Positions 23,027 through 33,400 of a stretch of DNA of 64,000 nt are shown here, one piece after another. This stretch comes from Nemertoderma westbladi. Lineage: Eukaryota; Animalia; Xenacoelomorpha. The DNA is taken from the NCBI GenBank assembly GCA_032718475.1, contig JAUCBJ010001639.1:1-64000 (forward strand), given 5' to 3'. The translations under genes and the position numbers were made by a program. Every line of letters begins with the position of its first letter. Position 1 is the stretch's first letter. The notes under the pieces are model-generated. The model was not told the DNA's origin and ran no database searches. It was given only the letters and a program-made list of their open reading frames with translations.

Positions 23027-25645
23027 TTATCGACCCGCTCCTGGGTTCTTTGGGCTCGCTCCTCTCTTTCGCCCCCTTCCCAGATACACCAGTCGTCCTC
23101 CAGTCGACTCCGTTGACGGCGTCCGTGAGGCGTCACTCCCCGGAACCGACGACGACGTTCCCTGAGCCCCGACAGATTCTCGGCTCGAACTTCTCCCTCG
23201 GCCTCGTCCCAATTGTCGCGCTCCCGTGGTCGCTTCCGCCAATTCTTCCTTCTGCAGTTGCACACGCGCTTTCTCAGACGCCCCCTGCGCCTTGCGCTGC
23301 AACCGCTGCGCTTCTATAATAGAGTGGTAGTGGTCGTCCTTGACTTGACGCTTGTCTTGGACCCCTCCTCCTGGTTCTTTCCGCGAGCCTTGAGCTCCAG
23401 CGGTCGTTGCTGTGGTCGCTGCGATCCTTTGTTCCTGTATCCTCTCAGCGGTCAATGAACCCACTGGCACATGAGTCAACAAGAATTCGTTGCGGTATTG
23501 TATAGCCGCCATCCTCCAATCACCTCGCGCGCGTACCACTTTTCTAGTCTCCGTAAATACACCCTTCGTGATGCGATCGCAAATAGCAACGAAGTTCCAT
23601 GTGTACTTATTGTCCATGTTCAATTGTCTGAAGTACTCTCGGACTACGATAACTCCAGTGTTTTGTGGAAGGTCTTGAGCAGTTAGGATGTGCTCCTGAT
23701 ATTGGGGTAGCGATTGAAGATATGGCTCGTACGCAACATGCGATGGGTCTACCGCCCAAAACCCATACCCCGCTTTAAATGGTAACCAACGCATCTGCGC
23801 TTGGATATGGTAATCCGCCACACTCTCCCACTTATCTAACATCTCCCGAAGTAGGTTAGCGCTATGGTTTTGAAAGGAATCATCTCGCAGCTGACATCTC
23901 GCGCTACGGTGTCCTTTTACTCCACAATATCCACATTGAGAAATGAAGACGGTGCACGTGTGAAACGAATGGTCGGTCTCATTACACCAACGGCAGACCT
24001 TATGCGCCGCCTCTATTACCGCGTCGCACGACTTTAGATTGTGCCTTGTGCTGCCGCACAATTTGCACCTACGCGCTTGTGGAAACCAGGCCCTCTCGTA
24101 TATGAGGTCTCCAATCGGTTTCGCACTTCCTTCCTTCCCAATGTCTAATACGATGTCGTCCTCTCCGGTCAACGGTTGTCGATCCGGAACAAAGTAAACA
24201 TCCTCGCCCTTGTCCTCTATCTCCAATATTTCCTCCCGTGTTCGTTTCGGATATGTCTTCTCCACCGGAAGATCTACTCCGAACACCTCTACTAAAGTCT
24301 CCGGCCAGCCCTCCTTAACAGGTCTATCAGCCTCCGAGTGGAAGGGAGTACCAAACCCGCGGGTTTGATTCCCGAACCACTTCTCCAAAGCTTCTGGCGT
24401 CGGATATTCCATCGACGGTCGGTCTCCCAAATCTCCGATATTCTGTCGATATATTCCTTCGAATATCGCTAATCCTCTCCTCACCATCGACGTATTCTCT
24501 AACGATTGGTTGAAGAACGGGGTTAAGAAACGCTTCATCACGTCGGATTGGATTCCCCCTTTCGAGCGAACGTATTGATCTCCTCCGAATACCAATGGAT
24601 GACGCTTCAAAACTCGCGCAACGATATCCGCTAATAAACAAGTCACCGTGTTCGACTCAAGCACCAAATAATATTGTAGTGACGCACGGGGTGGCGCGCA
24701 AATGTTCCAATACACTAACGCTTGCTGCTTGAAGTGGGATTTGAACTCCGCTCCCGGTGGCGTGTTGTATTCGCCATACGCCTCCTCATACTTCTTTTGC
24801 GTCTTCAACTTAAAGTCCCAATTATACAACAAGTGTGCTATAAAGCCCATACCAGTCTTGGCAGAGTTGGGATACTCCCTATAAATTCCAATATCCTGTG
24901 CCCATAGCAACAATAGCTTGGTGTCGACAAACGGTCTCGGCAATCTATCTTCCAGATCAGTCATGGCGTTGAAGTCGCTCTCTAAATCGCTCTGGACTCC
25001 CGATCCCACCTTGACGTAATCTTGGTTGAGAATAGCCTCTCTAACTTTCTTTGGTAACATCCTGGCGTCGATACGCTCTGCTCCGTGCATACCTCCTCGC
25101 CTGCATACCTCCAAAATCTGTTCCCTAGGATCCTTCCCCTTCCGATATTGTGTCGTTATGATGGGCTCCGGTCTCTCTCGATCCGCCCTCACACGCATAA
25201 ACACATGAGTCACACCATCGGCCGCACGAATTTGAATACACTTGCTGGTCAAGCATTCCTGATGGGACCCTCCTTCATTGTCGTAGAACATCACTCTCCA
25301 ATCCTGCAGTGATTCCTCCGTTTTCCTCCACTGACGCTGAATCTCATCTGATGGGGTCCACATGCGCTCGATCGCCTTGTGGTCATCATATCGGGTATAA
25401 GAACCCTTCCTCCTCAGCCACGTCTGGTCTACCTCCTCGTCATCTGGGAATGTAGCCACCGCGACCCATACCTTGATGTACTTATCCAACCATCCGAATA
25501 GCTTACTCTCCTTTCCCGGAGCTCCAATCTTGTCCAACGTGTCATAATCTGTGATCTGCATTGGGACATCACGCAAGAACTTCGCGCATAAAACTTCCCG
25601 TAAACAGTCAACGTTCCAATGGTCCGCCATTCTTACCATCGGCAA
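23027..25645 (-). CDS. Accessory protein: DEDDy-type 3'-5' exonuclease domain, 3 CCHC zinc knuckles and a basic RG-rich disordered tail
   Basis: ExoI VMFYDNEG, then CIQIRAADGVTHVF. ExoII LPKKVREAILNQDYVKVGSGVQSD, then FVDT. ExoIII-like W...PPRASLQYYLVLE. Knuckles CKLCGSTRHNLKSC, CRWCNETDHSFHTC and CGYCGVKGHRSARC. The track start is TTG; the first ATG is at 25639. Confidence 0.8.
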   Translation of the reverse strand: MPMVRMADHWNVDCLREVLCAKFLRDVPMQITDYDTLDKIGAPGKESKLFGWLDKYIKVWVAVATFPDDEEVDQTWLRRKGSYTRYDDHKAIERMWTPSDEIQRQWRKTEESLQDWRVMFYDNEGGSHQECLTSKCIQIRAADGVTHVFMRVRADRERPEPIITTQYRKGKDPREQILEVCRRGGMHGAERIDARMLPKKVREAILNQDYVKVGSGVQSDLESDFNAMTDLEDRLPRPFVDTKLLLLWAQDIGIYREYPNSAKTGMGFIAHLLYNWDFKLKTQKKYEEAYGEYNTPPGAEFKSHFKQQALVYWNICAPPRASLQYYLVLESNTVTCLLADIVARVLKRHPLVFGGDQYVRSKGGIQSDVMKRFLTPFFNQSLENTSMVRRGLAIFEGIYRQNIGDLGDRPSMEYPTPEALEKWFGNQTRGFGTPFHSEADRPVKEGWPETLVEVFGVDLPVEKTYPKRTREEILEIEDKGEDVYFVPDRQPLTGEDDIVLDIGKEGSAKPIGDLIYERAWFPQARRCKLCGSTRHNLKSCDAVIEAAHKVCRWCNETDHSFHTCTVFISQCGYCGVKGHRSARCQLRDDSFQNHSANLLREMLDKWESVADYHIQAQMRWLPFKAGYGFWAVDPSHVAYEPYLQSLPQYQEHILTAQDLPQNTGVIVVREYFRQLNMDNKYTWNFVAICDRITKGVFTETRKVVRARGDWRMAAIQYRNEFLLTHVPVGSLTAERIQEQRIAATTATTAGAQGSRKEPGGGVQDKRQVKDDHYHSIIEAQRLQRKAQGASEKARVQLQKEELAEATTGARQLGRGRGRSSSRESVGAQGTSSSVPGSDASRTPSTESTGGRLVYLGRGRKRGASPKNPGAGR

Positions 25646-25711
25646 GAATCGTATCGCTTCTCGCGACTCCGGATGATCTACTAATATCGCAGGTTCGGTG
25701 CCGTCGGAATA

Positions 25712-26734
25712 TTACACCGGTCTGGGTTGAGATACGACCTGTGGAACAAATCCGGTCACTCTCCTCGTCTCCTCTTGATGTCTATCCGCGGTCTTATTAT
25801 ACTCCGCTATCCTGTTCTCAAATAATTCCTTCGCCTTCGCCGCTCGCTCCTCCTGCCGCAACGCGTCTATGTCGTCCTGATGCTCAGGCGTGAGGCTTCT
25901 CACTCGGTGAGGTGAAGTAAACGCAGTCCAGGGACTCGAGAGCTCCAAACCCGCGGGTTTGGTACCCGAGTCCCGCGCCGCTTCGCGCCGCGCCTCTAGA
26001 TCCTTATAGGCTCGGTACAGCGAAATGGCCGCTGCCGTCTCTATCAAACTGGGTGTCGAACAGGGTTTAATCTCCGTATACGGATCTAATGTCGTAACGG
26101 TCGGCGTAATGGGTCTCGGAGGTCGCTTTCCGCTGAAGTCGATACTGATCATCGGGTTGCTCATCGGGTAACCTCCCTCGTTATATCTAAGGAATTGGTG
26201 AGCTGGACATCGCGTTAATATCGGTTCCGGATGTTGCTCGTCTAGTCGGTCGGGAATCGCCACGTCCTGTTTATTCATGCATTCACCACACTTGTAGAAG
26301 AGCTTGTATACGCTGAAGACTTTCGGCGTCTCCTGATCCTCGCCTCGAGTCCTCCGATACAGGTGCATTCCGTCGAACTGGTCTCGGACTGCAGGTAGAG
26401 GCTCCTCGTGTCGTAAATACATATTCATATGGTATAGTCGTGCGATTTCCTCGTCCGGATCTGCGCTAATGTCGCACACGTCCAAAGCAAAGTCGTAGGG
26501 ATACCGCGTGCGATACTCTTTCCGCAAGACTTCCATCCGGTCCCCCAACGCTCTCATTCTTTCTCTCCGTAATTCTTTATCATAACTTGGTTTATACTTT
26601 CCATTCAGCTCCATCACGGACTGCCCATGGTAGTAAACGTTCGAATCTTTACATCCCGGTCGCGCGAATGGTAGCTCCGCCTCCTCTCTGGCAGTAAATC
26701 CTCTGCGCGGTTGCGCTCTAATATCCCTCTCCAT
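25712..26734 (-). CDS. Accessory ORF of unknown function, in frame with the exonuclease ORF across one TAA
   Basis: 340 aa from ATG 26734 (the track starts at an upstream TTG, 26767). Has a CGEC...CPAH putative metal site and the same coding-like GC content as gag-pol. Confidence 0.7.
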   Translation of the reverse strand: MERDIRAQPRRGFTAREEAELPFARPGCKDSNVYYHGQSVMELNGKYKPSYDKELRRERMRALGDRMEVLRKEYRTRYPYDFALDVCDISADPDEEIARLYHMNMYLRHEEPLPAVRDQFDGMHLYRRTRGEDQETPKVFSVYKLFYKCGECMNKQDVAIPDRLDEQHPEPILTRCPAHQFLRYNEGGYPMSNPMISIDFSGKRPPRPITPTVTTLDPYTEIKPCSTPSLIETAAAISLYRAYKDLEARREAARDSGTKPAGLELSSPWTAFTSPHRVRSLTPEHQDDIDALRQEERAAKAKELFENRIAEYNKTADRHQEETRRVTGFVPQVVSQPRPV

Positions 26735-27491
26735 TATGTTACGCGTATATACATATATATATCCCAATAAGTGCCGTTACGTAACCAACTACACTGTGGG
26801 TAAATCAGTTAGATGCCGCCGAAAGACAGACCTCCCGAACCCCCCCGCCTTCCAGCAGTTCAGGTTCGACTCTCTAGATCCCGTCTCTTCCTAACTAACT
26901 ATCCTCTAACCTATTCCCATGCATAGCGCAAAAACTTTGGAGATAAACTGGCCGTGACCAACTCACTTTTTGATGCCCAAACTACTCCCATTACTCTTAC
27001 TAAACTACAGTAGTTAGAAAGGACCATAGCCACAATACTCGACTATACCAAACCCACAGGTTTGATAATCGAACATCACACATCCTGCAAACTACTGAGT
27101 GGGGTCCATGCACGCCTCTGGTGCTACTAACCTCTAGCACCTTAGTTGCACTGTTGGCACCAATCTGTGGAAGTTGCTAAACTCAATTTACACTCCTACG
27201 TAATATAGCCGTCACCATGGTTTCTAAATGCTATTTTCCAGGCTTCACGACTTTTCAAATTACTGTTTATCTATAGACGAATTCTAAAACGCGTCTATAC
27301 ACAGCGTCTGGAATTGTCTTGGGTTCACTTCTAATTTTTAAAATTTTCTAATTTTCCAAAAATTTTGAAAATAAAATTTTGTTTTTGATACCCACTAGAC
27401 AAAACTCAACGCAAATCACCACAACCCCGCTCCTATGCATTTCCTTGTATTTGCACACGAGGAATGCATACGAAGTGAGTTGCGTCCAACA

Positions 27492-30400
27492 CTAACTCTG
27501 TTTTGAGGCAGGAGACAAATTATAATCTCCCGTCTCGATACGTGTCTCCTCTAATAACACAATATCTTGGACCGGTCGGTCCAAGGTGTGTAAACCATTA
27601 GTTTTACACTTTTTTGGGTGCGGACACTTGCACCTAATTTTCACAGTGACTGTGCGCACTATGTTTTGCACGTCTGGGTGTGTGTGCAAGATCACTCCAG
27701 TCTCCCAATACTTTCTCTTGACAATAGGTTCGGTTATCAGTACGTAATCTCCCCTTTGGAGACTCCGAACCGTCTTGTACCACTTTGTTCTGGTAGATAT
27801 GGTGGGAAGATAGTATTCCCGCCAATATTCCCAGAATGTGTACGCCACAAATTGAGTTACTTTCCAGCTTTTACGACTATATAGGTCGGCACTAATGGGT
27901 TCTGATGCCGGCACAAGAAATGCTGGACTCTGCATTAGCAAATGATTCGGCGTTAATGCAACACCGTCTGGCAACATAGCTATCGGCCTCGAGTTTAGGG
28001 TATGCTCGATTTCAATGAAAGCTGTAACCAGTTCGTCGTCGGTAAGTTGTTTATTTACAGGCAATGTTTTGGCAATGGCCTGCTTCACAGAGCGAACCAA
28101 ACGCTCCCAACTTCCTCCTCTCCAAGGACTCTCTGGAGTATTAAATCTCCATTCTACTCTTTGCGGCAAAAGTGCTGCAGAAATTTCCTTATTCTGTGCT
28201 GCTTTATGAGCCGCGTTCAACTCGCTATTCCCTCCGACAAAGTTTGTACCCTTATCGGAGTAGAACGCCTTTACTAGTCCTCTCCTGGCCATAAATCTCT
28301 TTAAGGCCAGGAGCAGAGATTTGGTCGACATGTCTGCCACACGCTCAATGAGTATGGCTCTACTCGCCATACATGTCAGTAGCAGACCCCATCGCTTGTG
28401 GGTCAGCCGTCCACTCTTTGCTTCAATCGGACCAAAACAATCCACCCCTGTGTTCGTAAAGGGTGGGTCATATGCCTGCACTCTCGCTTCCGGGAGTTCA
28501 GCCATCTCCTGTTCCAATACTCTGGCGTTCACCCTCTTGCAAACCAGACAGGCGTCGTACATAGTGCCTACTGCCCTGCTTGGCTGCAATAGAATGAATC
28601 GCTGTCTCGCTGCCGACAGACAGTGTAACTTTCCCGCGTGATGCAACCTCTTGTGTATATCCCATAGAATCGCTCTTTGCAATTCTATTGGGTGACTAGG
28701 GATTATCACTGGGAACCGAAACTGTGAGTTTATGTCGACAGTCTGGATTCTCGATCTATGACAAATTAAACCCTTATGGATTAATGGACTCCATTTTCTA
28801 AGGGGTTTATAGAGAACTGGTCGTTGAGCCGATAATAGATGGAATTCTTTGGGGAAGGCACACATTTGATAATGCTTCAAATGCTTTAATTCCGCTTGAT
28901 CAATCTCATCCTCTGTCAGAGGTTGTTTCAATTTCCGAATTCGCTCACTATTGGTGCTCAATGGTTCTCTCAAATGTTTCGAATGTTTTAAACGAAGGTA
29001 CAAAATATATCGGCTTAACCACGCAGTTCTTTTACAAATTGTCAGCCAAGAGGCAGACGAATTTAGTAATTTGTCATAAACACTGCATGACTCTAATGCC
29101 AGCGACGGTTGTCCGCTAACCAATGGAAGTTTCGAATCCAAACCCGCAGGTTTGGAAACCAAGGGATCCATTGTGTCGGTCATTTTCTGTCCGTCACTTA
29201 CTAACTGTGACTGTCGTCTAGTCTGTAAGGGTGGTTTTATGTCATAACTTACCCTTCCGGACCTAGTAGTCACGTAAGTCTGTTGGTCTGACAGGTCTCC
29301 AGGCCGCTCCAATGACTCTTCAGGCCGCTCCAATGACTCTTCAGGCCGCTCCAATGACTTAAGTTTGGCTTTAGACTTTGACTTAGAGACTTTCTCCACT
29401 TTGACTTCTGCATCTTCAGGCATCGGATTGGTCACAATCTTTAGTCGCTCTGGCCAATGTTCCTGTGTCCTCGTTAGAAAATCAGGTCCGTGCAACCAAA
29501 ACTCCTGCGACTCTTCCTGACAGAATTCCGCCGGCATTGCACCTCTCGAAGTTATGTCGGCCGGGTTTAACACTCCCGGACAATGTCTCCATTGTTCCTT
29601 CGTCGAAAAATCAACGATCTGAGCGCGTCTATTGGCCACAAATGTCTTTAGTGCAATATTGTCGGCCGCAATGTATACTAACACCAAGGATGCGTCCGTC
29701 CAATAGAATAAGGTCAATGTCGTGTCTAACTCCTCAATTATTTGCTTACTTACCTCAACTGAAACTACTGCCGCCTGTAACTCTGCACGAGGGACAGTCA
29801 TGTATTTGACCGGCATTGTCTTTGATCTAGAAGTCACAAAGGCCGTCTCAAATTTGTCCTGACTTACCTCTCGGCGAAGGTAGGCTACCATACCAAAGCC
29901 GGTGTCACTTGCGTCACTGAATAAATGGAGTTCGAGATCAGCTGGAAATACCAGCTGATTCGGAAAGTAGGATCGGGGTACATCTATATTTTTCAATAGA
30001 TGCAACTCGGCTTCCCACTCTCTCCACTGCTTTGCATGTATAGGAGATATTGGTTCGTCCCACTCTAAGTCGGACAACCAAATTTTCCTCATGCACGCTC
30101 GTGCCTGTAATATAACCGGACTGATAAAGTTCATCGGGTCAAATAGTCTACTCAATGTCGATAAGCAAATTCTCTTAGTCAAAATTTTGTCTGGGCTACT
30201 GGGCTCAAATCTAACTCTTACCTGGAACTTGTCTGAGTTCGGGTTCCAAGCGAGTCCCAGTACTCGCGCCATTGGGATTGGTTCTACCCCCAATTCAATG
30301 TCTCCGCTCCCGCGATCCTTTACCGGGAACGATTCTAATAGGGCCTCCGAGTTCGTAGTGAACTTGGTTAGAGGAAAACCCCCTGTAGCCAAGCACTCCT

Positions 30401-33400
30401 GTAGGCCGTGAGCCACTTCTATGGCTTGTTCCGCCGTGTCCTTGGACACCAATCCGTCGTCCATGTAGAAGTTTCTCAAGATGGACTCGATCACTTCTAC
30501 TGGATACTTACCAATCTGGGCTGTTGCCGTTTTCTTTAGAACAAACAGCGTGCCGTTTGGACTATCGCGGGCGCCAAATATCCTAACGTACATCTGGTAT
30601 GTAACCACTGGGCCGGATAAGTCTTCATTCTCATACCAGAGAAAGCGAAGGCTATCCTGGTCTGCCTTACAGGCTCTTACCTGGTGGAACATCGCCTCGA
30701 TGTCACAAGTAAATGCGAATCGCCGCTGTCTAAAACGCAACAGTATTCCAATCAAATAGTTGTTCAGGTTGGGACCATCCATCAACTCTGAATTCAGGGA
30801 CATACCTCTATAGACTGCTGCGCAGTCGTTGACTACTCGGACTTTGTCTGGCTTGTCAGGGTGAGTCACATAGTGGTGTGGAAGGTAATAAGTCTGGTCT
30901 GTCACTAAGTCAGGGTCCTCTACCTTCCCAGCAAATCCCTTGGCGAAATAGTTGTTGATCTGGGCGCAATACTTCTCCCTAATGCCTGGATTCTTCAACA
31001 ACCGAGCCCTTACTCCGTTTAATCTTTTCAAGGCTAAGTTGTAGTTGTTTTCCAACTTAGGTGGTTGTCGACGCCACAACATTCCAACTTCAAAATGTCC
31101 AGTCGGTAGTAGACGTATGGTGTCTTCCATCATCTCCAGCGACCGTTTTTCATCAGTAGACATGGCTAGGTCATATCCACCGGGTTCCATTGCGTCCCTA
31201 TCCAGCCATTCGACGGTTCTGGCTCCTGTCTCGAGGTCCTGGCGTATCAATTCCTTCTGTAATTCCTCCTCACTGTACTGGAAAATGTCTAGGTCTCGAT
31301 ATTTAGCCACCTGACCCTCCACTATGTCTGTATAAGTCAAAACGTTAGTCAAATAGGTAGCGTGGGCCGCTGAACCAGACCCACGGGTCTGATAACAGTA
31401 GTCCTCGGGTTCACTATCTGTCCGGTCGTTGTGAAGTGGTTCCGACAACCTAACATTATCGGGAATCAACTCCTCGTCCGACTCGCTAAAGTCACTATAG
31501 TGGTCAATACAGGTTCTCCTAAACTCGTCTATGTCTGGTGGTTCTACTAACGGTGGTTGAGTTATAGGCTGTAATTCATCGTATCTGTCCATTGGCTTGC
31601 CGCCACCTGTAAACTCATAAGACATGGGTACTCTTGTATACCAACCTAATATAGTCCTATGGGCATGTGGTCCATTAACATGCGGCTCAGCTGGTCTCGT
31701 TTCCCATATCTGGTGTGCGATCAGCTGTTCTGCACCAATCAACATAGAAACATTCCTATAACCTACCTGGTGTCTGGGTATCCTGAGCTTGTCAAAATAC
31801 TCCTGTGCTATGGGACTCATCGGCGGCACCTTACCTAACTGCCTGCCGAATCCCTTCATAGCTAGACACTTAAATCCGTCCAATGGCAAAGCTTTCCGTT
31901 CTTGTCGAGTATGTTGGTCTCTCGGAAGTAGGGAATCTAGTTCTACCGAAATTCTGTGTCCCTTGAGGTCACCTACTCCATGCATAGACTTCAACTCTAT
32001 TTGGATCTCCTCGGCGTCCTGGAAGCTAGAAACAGCTCTCGCCACTTCCTCGTCGATATACGATAATGTGGACGCAGTGTCCAACATCACATATATTCGT
32101 TTCGATCCCTTATCTCCAGTGAGTTTCACCGGAATCACGCTAAATATTTCCGACGTGGCCGATGATAAATACGTCCGCGCGCTGGTCGATGAACTATCCG
32201 CGGTGAAACCTTGGCAGGTCACTTCTCTCGCGCTCGACTCGCCATCTTCGTCCGACGAACCTGGTTGGTAACCATCGTCCTGAATGCTGGTGTACGTATT
32301 CCTCCTTATCGATACGGGTTCTTTGCTCCCCTTCCTTTGAGGATTTCGCTGTAAGTAACGGTCCGTTGGGGTGTGGAAATCCGCATGTAGCAACTTGTGA
32401 TGTAGTCTGCCGCATTCCATGCATCCGTCCTTGCTGTTCGGGCACTGCCGCCGTACATGGCCTGGCGCAAGACATGCCCAACAGGTGTCCAACGTCCGCA
32501 CTTGAACTCTTCTCTGTTCCGAATTTAATTCTTTGAACCGTCTGCAACTATCTAACTTATGGTCGTCAGATCTTACCTCCTTTAGTAAACAGTATTGGCA
32601 ACCTACAAATCCATCCGGCAACTCCTGTTGCTTTAACCTAGGTCTATCTAACCGCTCACCTGACCATACTCGCGAGTCTGATCTAAAGGCTGGGGTACTC
32701 GAATTATATCTGTCTACTGAGTTAAATGTCACAGTGGTCCTGTCATCGTCAAAACTTACCATAGACTTACCGGTAACAGGTTTAGACTCTCTCATATTCT
32801 CTTCTGAGAAGTTTGATTTCATCTCTGCTACTGCGTCTGTGGCTATCATGTCATGAATATGCTGAAGTGTCAATACTTTACCTTGGCCCTCCAACTTATT
32901 CTCTAATTTGCGCCATTTCTGTCGGTAACGCATGTTTAGACGTCTTATTACGCTTTTCAAAACCTCGGCGTGATCACCATGATGAGGTAGATTCACCATC
33001 CTCAAGATGTCCAATGCGTTCGAAATAGCGTTCGCTAAGTTCAACAGCTCTAACGGAGTTGTAATCCTTCCGCCCTTACCCAAGTCTTCTACTATCGACT
33101 GCGCCATCTTGGTTTTATTCCCGTAGATGTCACTAAGCGTCTTCATCGCTAACTCAAACGCTCTCTCGTTGCCGACGAAGTTATCAGCAATGGCTCTAGG
33201 TTCTCGATGGAGCATTTGAAGCAAATAGTTGAACTTCTCGTTGGGAGTAAAGGTGCTGTTGGTTAGCTGCTCGTCGACATAGGTTTTGAAGGTCCTCCAG
33301 TGCTTATGGTTGCCCATAAACTTCTGGGGTTGTTGCGTCGGCAGTCCTTGCCTAGCAGCAAACTTACCTATGTCCCTAAGGGTTGCGTCGTTCCGGGTTA

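Noticed and set aside
23027-26767. env gene in the post-pol position
   Set aside because: No signal peptide, transmembrane helix or fusion-protein cysteine pattern; the motifs fit an exonuclease and zinc knuckles.
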